The notes under the pieces are model-generated. The model was not told the origin of the DNA, made no database searches, and worked only from the letters and a program-made list of their open reading frames with translations. From NCBI GenBank assembly GCA_964650315.1, contig CAZYQE010000005.1, positions 23,076-87,075 on the forward strand: a stretch of DNA of 64,000 nucleotides, in the 5' to 3' direction. Positions within the stretch are counted from its first letter, which is position 1. Each line of letters begins with the position of its first letter. This DNA comes from an uncultured Muribaculaceae bacterium. GTDB lineage: Bacteria; Bacillota_I; Bacilli_A; RF39; UBA660. Position numbers and translations under genes: made by a program. Below, one piece after another: positions 1 to 8,782 of the stretch.

Positions 1-225
1 ATAATCATTTCTTTTTCTTAATTCATCTTTTGTTTTAGAATCAATTTCTGTATTAAGTAATTTAAATATAAAACCACCTAATCCATTATCTGCAATATAC
101 TTATTAATAGTTTTATTATCTTTGAAAATTCTTTTTGGATTATTATATAAATCTAAAATTAAATTAAAAACATTTTCATCAAATAAATAATTAGCATCTT
201 CTATATTACTTAAATAATCATTCAT
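1..225 (-). CDS. hypothetical protein, N-terminal fragment (ORF runs off the left edge)
   Basis: ATG at 225-223 lies 5 nt downstream of the SD GAGGGGAGGA (231-240, minus strand). The frame MNDYLSNIEDANYLFDENVF... stays open to position 1. It is absent from the supplied track because it has no stop in the window. Confidence 0.4.
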   Translation of the reverse strand, partial: MNDYLSNIEDANYLFDENVFNLILDLYNNPKRIFKDNKTINKYIADNGLGGFIFKLLNTEIDSKTKDELRKRNDY

Positions 226-270
226 AATAATCCTCCCCTCAAAAATCGTTATATATTATAACATATATGT

Positions 271-651
271 CTATTTATGTAAATCATAATTCCATAAACC
301 TAGTTTACCTTTAACATAAATAGGTTCTTTATATTTCTTAATATTAGCTAATTTCCAAGCATATATTCCAATATGATTAGACCCATATATTAGTTTATCT
401 TCTTTTATTAATTTTTTATTAAAACCTGCATCTACTAATATACAATCTACTATTTCTGCTTCTCCTATGATTGCTCCACATATATAATTAAGATTATAAT
501 TAGTAAATTTATTTGTATTTTTATCTTTAGATAAACTTGCATGTATTAATATTTTTCCTCTATAATTAGTTTTCCAACTTCTAAATTCAAACTTTTTATA
601 ACCTTCTATTATTAAAGAAGCATAAGGTTGTTTTATAGTTAATACTTTCAT
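271..651 (-). CDS. ASCH (PUA-like) domain protein
   Basis: 126 aa. The N-terminus MKVLTIKQPYASLIIEGYKKFEFRSW...ILIHAS follows the pattern I recall for ASCH-domain proteins (IKQPWA..I..G.K..E.R.W). Confidence 0.6.
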   Translation of the reverse strand: MKVLTIKQPYASLIIEGYKKFEFRSWKTNYRGKILIHASLSKDKNTNKFTNYNLNYICGAIIGEAEIVDCILVDAGFNKKLIKEDKLIYGSNHIGIYAWKLANIKKYKEPIYVKGKLGLWNYDLHK

Positions 652-730
652 ATAATCACCTAATAAAATTATACCATAACTGTTTTAAATATTAGTTATT
701 TATGATAAAATTAATAAAGGAAGTGATAAT

Positions 731-1732
731 ATGAAGAAAACTATATTAACAGGACTACGTCCTACCGGTAATTTACATTTAGGACATTACTTTGGTGCAG
801 GACAAAATTATTTAAAATTACAAGATGATTATGATTTCTATTTAGAGATTGCAGATGTCCAAGGATTAACTGATAATTTTAATGATCCTGAAAAAGTTAG
901 AATTAATACTAAAGAAATAGCAATAGATTTATTAGCTATTGGAATTGATCCTGAAAAAGTTAATTTATTTGTACAATCTACTATACCAGAAATTGCAGAA
1001 CTTACAGTATTCTATTCTAATTTAGTAACAGTATCAAGATTACAAAGAAATCCTACTGTTAAATCAGAAATAGAACAAAAGAAAGAATTATTTGGTAATA
1101 AGGGTGAAAGTATAACTTATGGATTTTTAGGTTATCCTGTTTCTCAAGCTGCAGATATTACATGTTTTGATGGCGAATTAGTTCCAGTTGGAGATGATCA
1201 ATTACCTCTTTTAGAACAATGCCGTGAAATAGTTAGAAAATTTAATAATATATATGGTGAAACTTTAAAAGAACCAGAACCAGTACTTAGTAAAACTACA
1301 AGAGTTAAAGGATTAGATGGTAGCGAAAAAATGGGTAAAAGTTTAGGTAACGCTATTTTCTTAGTAGATGATGAAGATACTATTAGAAAAAAAATTATGG
1401 GTGCAGTTACTGACCCTAAAAAGATTAAAAAAGATGATCCTGCTGATCCTAATGTATGTATGGTTTATTATTATCACAAACTTATTAATAATTCTAATTT
1501 AGATACTATATGTAATGAATGTAAAAAAGGAGAACGTGGTTGTGTAGCTTGTAAAAAAGAACTTATTGAAAAAATGAATGAATTCTTAAAACCAATAAAA
1601 GAGCGAAGAAAGAAATATGAAGATAATCCAGAACTTGTAGATAAAGTGCTAAGTGATGGAAATAAAAAAGCTAAGGAAAAAGCTGAAGAAACTATTAAAA
1701 GAGTTAAGAAAGCAATGAAAATAGACTATTAA
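731..1732 (+). CDS. trpS: tryptophan--tRNA ligase
   Basis: 333 aa class I aaRS with HIGH-type motif TGNLHLGHY and KMSKS-type motif KMGKS. Size and layout are typical of TrpRS. SD AAAGGAAGTGA lies upstream. Confidence 0.92.
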   Translation: MKKTILTGLRPTGNLHLGHYFGAGQNYLKLQDDYDFYLEIADVQGLTDNFNDPEKVRINTKEIAIDLLAIGIDPEKVNLFVQSTIPEIAELTVFYSNLVTVSRLQRNPTVKSEIEQKKELFGNKGESITYGFLGYPVSQAADITCFDGELVPVGDDQLPLLEQCREIVRKFNNIYGETLKEPEPVLSKTTRVKGLDGSEKMGKSLGNAIFLVDDEDTIRKKIMGAVTDPKKIKKDDPADPNVCMVYYYHKLINNSNLDTICNECKKGERGCVACKKELIEKMNEFLKPIKERRKKYEDNPELVDKVLSDGNKKAKEKAEETIKRVKKAMKIDY

Positions 1733-1737
1733 ATAGT

Positions 1738-2382
1738 CTATTTTTTTTGATAACTTAATCTAACTATACTATATAAATTATTATATTTATAATTGTAATT
1801 ATTTTTAATATCTTCTATTATTCTTTTATATTTATTTTCTATCTTTTTATTGTCCTTACCAAATACTTCTTCATATAAATAATTAAACTTGTCATAATAC
1901 TTATCTCTATATATACTTTCTATTTCTTTTAATAAATATCTTCTTTTAAAAATTTCCTTTCTTGTTAAAAATATATTTTTATCTGTGCTATCTAATACTT
2001 TATAATTAAAATCATAATCTTCAAATAAAGACACCTCATCTAATATATCTTCTTCTTCATCTAATAATAAACTACTTTTACATATAATATTACCATCATT
2101 ATTAAATTCTACCCCTACTACTTTATTCATATCACAAAATAAAGTACCATATTTTATATTACTAGTCTTTTTATAACCAATAGTTTGATTTTTTATTTTA
2201 TTTAAAAACATCTTACTAACTTTTATATTACTATTTATAATATTGTTCATATCAATAGAGGATATTTTAAATAATGGTATTTTCTTTATATGTTCTAACC
2301 CATCTTTACTATCCCATTCATAAAATTCTATTAATCTATCACCATCAATGAAGTTTAATAGTAAATCATATATATAAATCAT
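1738..2382 (-). CDS. hypothetical protein
   Basis: 214-aa ORF with no recognised motif. It overlaps the upstream small ORF by 4 nt. Confidence 0.5.
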   Translation of the reverse strand: MIYIYDLLLNFIDGDRLIEFYEWDSKDGLEHIKKIPLFKISSIDMNNIINSNIKVSKMFLNKIKNQTIGYKKTSNIKYGTLFCDMNKVVGVEFNNDGNIICKSSLLLDEEEDILDEVSLFEDYDFNYKVLDSTDKNIFLTRKEIFKRRYLLKEIESIYRDKYYDKFNYLYEEVFGKDNKKIENKYKRIIEDIKNNYNYKYNNLYSIVRLSYQKK

Positions 2383-2585
2383 TTATTTATCCCCTTTCTA
2401 TATTTAAAATAATTAAACATTATAAAACCAATTATAAAAAAATAACATTCATACCTAGTAAATAAAAAACATAAATAATCTTTTAAACTAACACCAAAAC
2501 TTAATAAATTTAAATATAATATAAAATAACTAAAACCAATAATCATAAGTATATAACTAATTATAATACCTAGTGTTCTATTCAT
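2379..2585 (-). CDS. small hydrophobic membrane protein
   Basis: 68 aa with two hydrophobic stretches, coupled to the downstream ORF by a 4-nt overlap. Confidence 0.4.
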   Translation of the reverse strand: MNRTLGIIISYILMIIGFSYFILYLNLLSFGVSLKDYLCFLFTRYECYFFIIGFIMFNYFKYRKGINK

Positions 2586-2640
2586 ATTAAAGTTTATGAT
2601 ACTTCTTTTTTTAGTATACTTTTATTTATTATTTATATAC

Positions 2641-2670
2641 AAAAAAATAGTAAAATTATTTACTATTTTT
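2641..2670 (-). terminator. rho-independent terminator of rmuC
   Basis: On the minus strand: AAAAATAGTAAA-TAAT-TTTACTATTTTT, then more T. The rmuC stop codon sits in the loop. Confidence 0.6.
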
Positions 2671-3729
2671 ATTTTCTAATTTATTAACTTCTACTTTATT
2701 AATAGTATCAAATTTCTTAGTAATCTTATCTGTAGTAATAGATACATTTTCGATATCTTTATTAACAGTTTGAATACTTCTAGATAATTTATCCCAACGT
2801 TCTTTATATCTAGAAAATTCTATTCCAAGTTTATTTAATTCTTCATGAATAATAGATGTATATTTATCTCTTTCCATATTTTTAATAATCATTTCTACTA
2901 CAGTAAGTGTTGAGATTAGAGTTGTTGGTGAAGTTATCCATACACGTTTTTTATAAGCATATTCTATAATATCAGAATGATATGCATTAATTTCTGCAAA
3001 GATTGCTTCTGCAGGTAAGAATAGAATAGCTTGATCTGTAGTTTCTCCTGGAATTATATATTTATTACTAATAGCATCTATATGCTTCTTCATATCTTGT
3101 TTAAATAGTTTTTCTGCTGCAGTCCTTTTATCATTAGGTAAATTCTTATCCACCATAATTTGATAGTTTTCCAGTGGAAATTTAGAATCTATGGCAATAG
3201 TTCCTAAAGGTTCTGGTGCAAATATTACTGAATCTGCAATTACCCCAGTACTTAAAGTATATTGCAATTTATATACTTTATCATTCTTCTCACCAAATAC
3301 ATTAACTAAAATATGTTTTAAATTAACTTCTCCAAAGATACCTCTAGTTTTCTTATCAGTTAGAATACTTTGCAGACTAACAATATCAGTAGATAGATTC
3401 TCTATTTTCTTTTGAGCTTCATCTATCTTAGATAATCTTTCTATAACATTCATAAAAGTCTTATTAGTCTTTTCAAAGTTTTGATCTAATCTTTCATTAA
3501 CTTTCTCATTAATAGCTAATAATCTTTTTTCTACTTGATCATTTAATTTATTAAAATCACTATTTAAGTTATTATTTAAATTATCTTTAAATTCACCTAA
3601 CTCTTTTATCATATTAACTTCAAGTCTTCCAAGTCTTTCAGTAATTCTAGCTTCATTAATATTTTTAAATAATGAAATAATAGTTAAAATAATTAATATA
3701 ATTAATAATCCTATAATAATATAATCCAT
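2656..3729 (-). CDS. rmuC: DNA recombination protein RmuC
   Basis: 357 aa with an N-terminal TM helix, a long coiled-coil region and a C-terminal nuclease-like region containing IAIDSKFPLENY, typical of the RmuC family. Confidence 0.85.
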   Translation of the reverse strand: MDYIIIGLLIILIILTIISLFKNINEARITERLGRLEVNMIKELGEFKDNLNNNLNSDFNKLNDQVEKRLLAINEKVNERLDQNFEKTNKTFMNVIERLSKIDEAQKKIENLSTDIVSLQSILTDKKTRGIFGEVNLKHILVNVFGEKNDKVYKLQYTLSTGVIADSVIFAPEPLGTIAIDSKFPLENYQIMVDKNLPNDKRTAAEKLFKQDMKKHIDAISNKYIIPGETTDQAILFLPAEAIFAEINAYHSDIIEYAYKKRVWITSPTTLISTLTVVEMIIKNMERDKYTSIIHEELNKLGIEFSRYKERWDKLSRSIQTVNKDIENVSITTDKITKKFDTINKVEVNKLENKNSK

Positions 3730-3739
3730 ATAAACACCT

Positions 3740-4327
3740 CTAATCTATATTAAATCTTTTACTAACAATTTTAGATATAATATAAGCTACTACTAACATA
3801 ATACAAACAATAATAATTGTCATAATATCAGTCATACTTTCTATTATACTTTTACCTACATAACCCCAAAATATTACCATAAATATCTTTCCAATTAGTA
3901 TAGATGTGATAAACTTTCTTTTAGAAACTTCCGCAACACCACAAATAATATTAATTAAAAAAGCTGGCGTAAATGGTAATGCTACTAATAATACTAATCC
4001 TGAAAAAGATATATTTTTTATTTTCTTTACCCCTCTTTTAACTTTCTTTTTATATTTGCCCTTAAATATACGATATAAATATTTATCAGATAAATAATAA
4101 AATAACAAATATGATAAGAAACATCCTGTACATGTTGCAATCCAAGATATAGATATTCCTACTACAGGTCCAAAAGCATTAGTATTTAAAGCTACAAACA
4201 CTGCTAATGGTAAAACAGGAAGAAATGATTCTATTAATACTAATAAGAATCCAAATAAAATACCACCTGATGAAATAAAATTAGTAGAAAACTCTACAAA
4301 TGAATTTATTATATCCATAAGTATCAC
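3740..4327 (-). CDS. DedA / TVP38-TMEM64 family membrane protein
   Basis: 195 aa polytopic membrane protein with SNARE-associated (DedA-like) architecture and a basic loop KGKYKKKVKRGVKK. Confidence 0.7.
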   Translation of the reverse strand: MILMDIINSFVEFSTNFISSGGILFGFLLVLIESFLPVLPLAVFVALNTNAFGPVVGISISWIATCTGCFLSYLLFYYLSDKYLYRIFKGKYKKKVKRGVKKIKNISFSGLVLLVALPFTPAFLINIICGVAEVSKRKFITSILIGKIFMVIFWGYVGKSIIESMTDIMTIIIVCIMLVVAYIISKIVSKRFNID

Positions 4328-4351
4328 CTTATAACTAATTATATTACATAT

Positions 4352-4633
4352 TTATTTTATTAACAAGTAATAGTTATATCCACCTACTACATTTATAGTA
4401 TTAAATCCCATACTATTTAATTCATTAGAAACTCTATTACTTATAACTCCACTATCACAATATAAATAATAAGTTTCATTTTTATTCAGATAATCACTTG
4501 GATTAATAATTAAATAATTACTAGGAATATTAATTGCTCCTGGAATATGAGAATTATTATATTTAAATTTATCTCTAATATCTATTATATTAACATTATT
4601 TAATTCTAATAAATCTTCCATACTTATATTCAA
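4352..4633 (-). CDS. rhodanese-like domain protein
   Basis: 93 aa single rhodanese domain. It has IIDIRD...H IPGAINIP and the active-site loop YCDSGVISNR. Confidence 0.75.
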   Translation of the reverse strand: MNISMEDLLELNNVNIIDIRDKFKYNNSHIPGAINIPSNYLIINPSDYLNKNETYYLYCDSGVISNRVSNELNSMGFNTINVVGGYNYYLLIK

Positions 4634-4658
4634 AGTATCACCCCTAATATAAAATATG

Positions 4659-4689
4659 AAAAAAAAAGAATCTAAATAATTATAGATTC
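4659..4689 (-). terminator. rho-independent terminator closing the Tad/T4SS array
   Basis: On the minus strand: GAATCTA-(8 nt loop)-TAGATTC followed by a 9-T run. It starts directly after the stop of the 429-aa gene. Confidence 0.65.
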
Positions 4690-5979
4690 CTATTTTACTA
4701 TATATGGTTTTGATTTAGTTCCTTTTCCACCTTTAACCATAGTATCACTAGCTAACATAATAACTGGTCTTATATCAGAAACTGTCATTGCCTCTGTAAT
4801 AGAAATTTCTCCAGTATTACTAATATAGAAAATATCAGTATTATTATTCTTTGAAGCAGTTCCTAATAACCATTCATAATCAGTAGCTAAGAAATTATAA
4901 TTTTGACACGAAGGATCAGTATCTTTTTTACAATTTGGATCTAAACTTACAAACATATAATCAGAAACAGTAAGTAATCCTATTTTTTGTTGTGATAGAA
5001 TTTCACTACATTCTGCAGAATTATCTTTAACGGCACTACCTACTGCTCTTTTTCCTATACACACATCAAAAGGAACCATTTTAGCTTTATCGCTAGCTGT
5101 TAAAAATTTCGTATCTTTGTCTTTGTCTTTATATGCTTTTTTTAGAAATTGACGCATTCTACTAGCTTTATAGTCATTGATACCTGCATTATATCCTTCC
5201 GCAGTATTATATCTATCATCCCATGTTGAAGAATTATCATAAACACTATTTAAAACTAGCATAACTTCATTATTACCACTAATTTTTACTGCACGCCATT
5301 TTTTCTTTCCCATCTTAACGTAGTTTCTAAGTTTTTCTCCACGATATACATAACCATTATTAACACTATATAAACCTTCACCACTAGTTACAGTTTTTTC
5401 TTCTAATTTTTTATATAGTTCAGTAGTATTATAATCAGAACCACAATTTAAATATGGAGTATATACATATTTACCATCTATTTTCTTTACACTAACTTTA
5501 CCAGAACAACTAGCATCCTCACCAAGATATTTTGTAAAATCATCCATATACTCATTATTAATTAAAGTTGTTGAAGTAATTTCAACTACTTGTTTACTAT
5601 TAGGTAATTTTTTCTTATTATCAGCAAAATATGATTTGGCAGCATCTTTTAATACATCTTCTACATCTTCATATGAATAAGAAGGTCCACTAAATATAGA
5701 TGCAATACCCATAATAAGACCTATTACTAGAAAAGCTCCTAAAATTCCACCCATAATAAATATTAAGCGTCTCTTCAATTCTCTATTTCCACCAAAACCT
5801 CTAGGAGATGAACTAGGATTATCATCCACTATTGGATCAATATCTATTTCTAAATCTTCATTTTCATTTTCTACAGTAGCAGCACTATCTTGTGAAACCT
5901 CTTTTTCTTCTACTTCTGTTTCCATAGTAGAATCTTCTTCTTTTTTATCTTCTTTTATAGTTTCAACTTTATCATCCAT
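4690..5979 (-). CDS. membrane-anchored surface protein (acidic N-terminus, one TM, extracellular module shared with the 601-aa protein)
   Basis: 429 aa. It has the acidic head MDDKVETIKEDKKEEDS..., TM helix LIFIMGGILGAFLVIGLIMGIASIF and 7 Cys. The ectodomain contains KKWRAVKISGNNEVMLVLNS ... IRPVIMLASDTMVKGGKGTKSKPYIVK. The same start and end motifs occur twice in ORF 26236-28041. Confidence 0.6.
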   Translation of the reverse strand: MDDKVETIKEDKKEEDSTMETEVEEKEVSQDSAATVENENEDLEIDIDPIVDDNPSSSPRGFGGNRELKRRLIFIMGGILGAFLVIGLIMGIASIFSGPSYSYEDVEDVLKDAAKSYFADNKKKLPNSKQVVEITSTTLINNEYMDDFTKYLGEDASCSGKVSVKKIDGKYVYTPYLNCGSDYNTTELYKKLEEKTVTSGEGLYSVNNGYVYRGEKLRNYVKMGKKKWRAVKISGNNEVMLVLNSVYDNSSTWDDRYNTAEGYNAGINDYKASRMRQFLKKAYKDKDKDTKFLTASDKAKMVPFDVCIGKRAVGSAVKDNSAECSEILSQQKIGLLTVSDYMFVSLDPNCKKDTDPSCQNYNFLATDYEWLLGTASKNNNTDIFYISNTGEISITEAMTVSDIRPVIMLASDTMVKGGKGTKSKPYIVK

Positions 5980-5993
5980 AATAATACCTCCTA

Positions 5994-8201
5994 TTAATTA
6001 TCAAAAAAATCATCAAAGAATTCATCGTCTTCCTCGTCTTCAATAACTAAGTTATTTTTAGCAGGAGGAACAGTTTGTAGCTTATTTTCTTTCTTATCAT
6101 TAAGTGTTTCAACAACTTTAGGTTTTTCATCAAGAGTCTCCACAGGAGTTTCATCTTTCTTCTCTGATACAGGAATTTCACTAGTACCACTAGAAATCTT
6201 ACCTTTAGCTTTCTTTTCTTCCTCTTCTTCTTTCTCTAATTCTGCAATTTTAGCATCAATTTTCTTTACTAAATCATCTACATTAAATCCAGAAGGTTCT
6301 TCCTCTTTTTCTTCTCTTTGAGTTACAGGACTAGTAGGTTTAGAATTTGCTAGAGGATCTTCAATGTTTGGAGCAAAAGGACTAGCAGCAGGTCTTTGCA
6401 TTCCAGATAATCCTGGAGGCGGACCAGCCATTCCTCTATGCATAGGCATTTCTTCCATTGTATTATCTGAACTAGCATTCATCATATCTAATAACTTTTT
6501 CTTTTTACGTTCTTTAACAAATTCTTTTATATCAAAAGTATGAACTTCTTCTTTTTGTCTATGAGGATATTTAGCAATAGGATATCTTTCACCCCAGTTT
6601 AATTTATAAAATGGAGTAAATTTAGTTTTAAATGGTTGTTTTCTAAGTCTTAGGATAACAACCTCAAATTGTTTCATTCTTTGTAGATCAGAAACTGTTA
6701 CCAATGGTGTAGATGCTGTTTTATCATCTTTCTTAGACTTCTCCTCACCACACATCTTAGAAATTTCTTCTAAAGCCTTCAACTCAGTAGTAATCAAATA
6801 AATAATATTACCACAGTTACCTCTAATAGTCTCTGCTTCTTCTTTACCATAAACTTGATCTAACTGAGCAAAGTTTTGAATAATCATTGTAAATCTAATT
6901 TTTCTAGAACGAGCTGCTGTAATCATAGTAGTAACATCTTTTAATGGTGGCATATTTGCAAACTCATCAAGTATGAAGTTAGTTCTAACTGGAAGTCCAC
7001 CACCATGTTTTTGTGCAACTCTAATTAATGTTTCATATATTTGCTTCAATAAGATTGTAACTAATGAGTGATATGTTTTCTTTTCATCTTGAATAACTAT
7101 GAAAACAGCTGTTGGTCTTTCACCAATAGACTCTAAATTTATATCACTATGAGATAACATTTCACTCAAATTCTCACGTGATGCAAATAATTTAACTTTT
7201 TGTTTAAATACTGATAAGATACTACCTTTAGTATCTGTAGGAGCCATAATTGTACTAGAAGCATTAATTGCAGCTGCACTAGCTGGATCCTTTTCTGCAA
7301 AATATTCTTTAATATATGTAGAACCACCAAATTTTTCTTCACCAACTGTAGTAGCTAGTGAAATACTATTGATGTTAATCTCATCTTCTTTAGCATCTTC
7401 AAATAAACCTAAAGCAACCCCAGAAAAATAATCTGCAGAAGTCTTTTCCCAGAATGGGTCAGCATTCTTATTTGAATCATCATATAATATATTTAAAGCT
7501 AAGTCATCTAATAACTCTATTGCTTTATCTTGATTACCTGATTTATACATTTGATAAGGTAAAGACATAGGATTCCAAGCATTACCATTTTGTGGATCAC
7601 GGAAATTAAGTAATAATATTTGATATCCTCTTTTACGTAGCATATTACTTGTTTTCTCATAAATTTCACCTTTAGGGTCAGTAATAATCATTGATTCTTT
7701 ACTTTTTGCTAAACTATAAACTAAAGGTAATACAACAGCTTGAGTTTTACCAGAACCAGTAGCACCAATAACTAATGAGTGATATTCACTATTATCTACC
7801 CACATTTCTTTTTCATTTAAAATTAAGGAAACTCCAGATGATTTAGAATTTTTTTGTCTAATCTCAACTCTATCTAATTCTTCTTTTATTTCACGGTCTT
7901 TTGCCCATCTAGAATAACCTTTATCCTTTTTATCTGTAGTAAGACCAAATCCTTTATCCATATCAAAAAAATAAGAACTAACACTAGCAAATAATCCTAC
8001 TAATACTAATACATACAATACAAGTGTAGCAACAATAAATCTAGGCCCAAAGGCAGGTAATGGATTTAATCCATACAAATAACCTTCAGTAGCAAAACTA
8101 TTGACATTAAGTACACCTATAGCAACAACATAAAGTAAAAATACAGCAAATATTCCAAATATAGTAAGATCTTCTGGATCTGCTCTAAATTTTAGTTTCA
8201 T
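5994..8201 (-). CDS. type IV secretion coupling protein (VirD4/TraG family ATPase)
   Basis: 735 aa with two N-terminal TM helices, Walker A VIGATGSGKTQ and Walker B-like NFILDEFANMP. Conserved TraG/VirD4 stretches include PFWEKTSADYF and RSRKIRFTMIIQNFAQL. A ~190-aa acidic tail ends in DDEFFDDFFDN. Confidence 0.9.
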   Translation of the reverse strand: MKLKFRADPEDLTIFGIFAVFLLYVVAIGVLNVNSFATEGYLYGLNPLPAFGPRFIVATLVLYVLVLVGLFASVSSYFFDMDKGFGLTTDKKDKGYSRWAKDREIKEELDRVEIRQKNSKSSGVSLILNEKEMWVDNSEYHSLVIGATGSGKTQAVVLPLVYSLAKSKESMIITDPKGEIYEKTSNMLRKRGYQILLLNFRDPQNGNAWNPMSLPYQMYKSGNQDKAIELLDDLALNILYDDSNKNADPFWEKTSADYFSGVALGLFEDAKEDEININSISLATTVGEEKFGGSTYIKEYFAEKDPASAAAINASSTIMAPTDTKGSILSVFKQKVKLFASRENLSEMLSHSDINLESIGERPTAVFIVIQDEKKTYHSLVTILLKQIYETLIRVAQKHGGGLPVRTNFILDEFANMPPLKDVTTMITAARSRKIRFTMIIQNFAQLDQVYGKEEAETIRGNCGNIIYLITTELKALEEISKMCGEEKSKKDDKTASTPLVTVSDLQRMKQFEVVILRLRKQPFKTKFTPFYKLNWGERYPIAKYPHRQKEEVHTFDIKEFVKERKKKKLLDMMNASSDNTMEEMPMHRGMAGPPPGLSGMQRPAASPFAPNIEDPLANSKPTSPVTQREEKEEEPSGFNVDDLVKKIDAKIAELEKEEEEEKKAKGKISSGTSEIPVSEKKDETPVETLDEKPKVVETLNDKKENKLQTVPPAKNNLVIEDEEDDEFFDDFFDN

Positions 8202-8223
8202 ATCACTACACCCTCTCTAGTTT

Positions 8224-8252
8224 ATTTTATCACGATTTTATATCTCTATCAA
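8224..8252 (-). promoter_or_regulatory. candidate sigma-A-type promoter upstream of the VirD4-like gene
   Basis: Minus strand: TTGATA (8252-8247), 17-nt spacer, TGaTAAAAT (-10 at 8229-8224). Such hexamers occur often by chance in AT-rich DNA. Confidence 0.3.
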
Positions 8253-8272
8253 CTCACAAGTCCAAATTAGAC

Positions 8273-8782
8273 TTACCATTCCCCGCCTTCATCAGGAGGT
8301 GGTAACCCTTTATCTGATGCATCTATTTCATCTTGTTCTTTTTCCTCTTTTTTATATTTTTTAGGATTCATAATCTGTAAATATGTTTTGTTTGTAACTT
8401 TTGATTTAATATCATAACTAATATTATCACCCATCCACTTACAACTTAAAACATCTTCATTATATTCACATTCAATTAGTGTTCTAAATTCGTTATCTAA
8501 ATAAAAGTATATATATATTTCACCAACAGTGTCTACTTCTTTAAATGTAATAGTACGATAATAATTATATTTTCTACTATTTAAATAATCAATAATGTTT
8601 GAATATAGTTTTTCTTTTCTTTTTTTATCCATTTTTAGAACTTTACTATTTTCAAAAGAAACATCATTAATACTAACCTTTTTAAAATATGGATCATTAT
8701 TCATGTTAGATATAATAAATGCAGCAACAATAACACCTAAAATAAACAATACTGCTAATAGACTTTTTAATTTATTATTCAT
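8273..8782 (-). CDS. membrane-anchored T4SS accessory protein (VirB8/TcpC-like topology only)
   Basis: 169 aa with an N-terminal TM (LLAVLFILGVIVAAFII) and a ~130-aa extracytoplasmic domain. Its start overlaps the hydrolase stop (TAATG). The assignment rests on position and topology, not on motifs. Confidence 0.4.
   Translation of the reverse strand: MNNKLKSLLAVLFILGVIVAAFIISNMNNDPYFKKVSINDVSFENSKVLKMDKKRKEKLYSNIIDYLNSRKYNYYRTITFKEVDTVGEIYIYFYLDNEFRTLIECEYNEDVLSCKWMGDNISYDIKSKVTNKTYLQIMNPKKYKKEEKEQDEIDASDKGLPPPDEGGEW

Noticed and set aside
652-730. Possible T-box leader upstream of trpS.
   Set aside because: Only 79 nt separate trpS from the divergent upstream gene. That is far too short for a T-box riboswitch (about 200-300 nt), and I saw no specifier or antiterminator structures.
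4634-4689. Direct repeats (att-like) shared between the left border (4634-4689) and right border (29602-29677) of the array.
   Set aside because: The only shared strings are short poly-A/GAA low-complexity runs belonging to terminator T-tracts. Nothing distinguishes them from chance in AT-rich DNA, so no ICE or prophage-type integration scar can be claimed.
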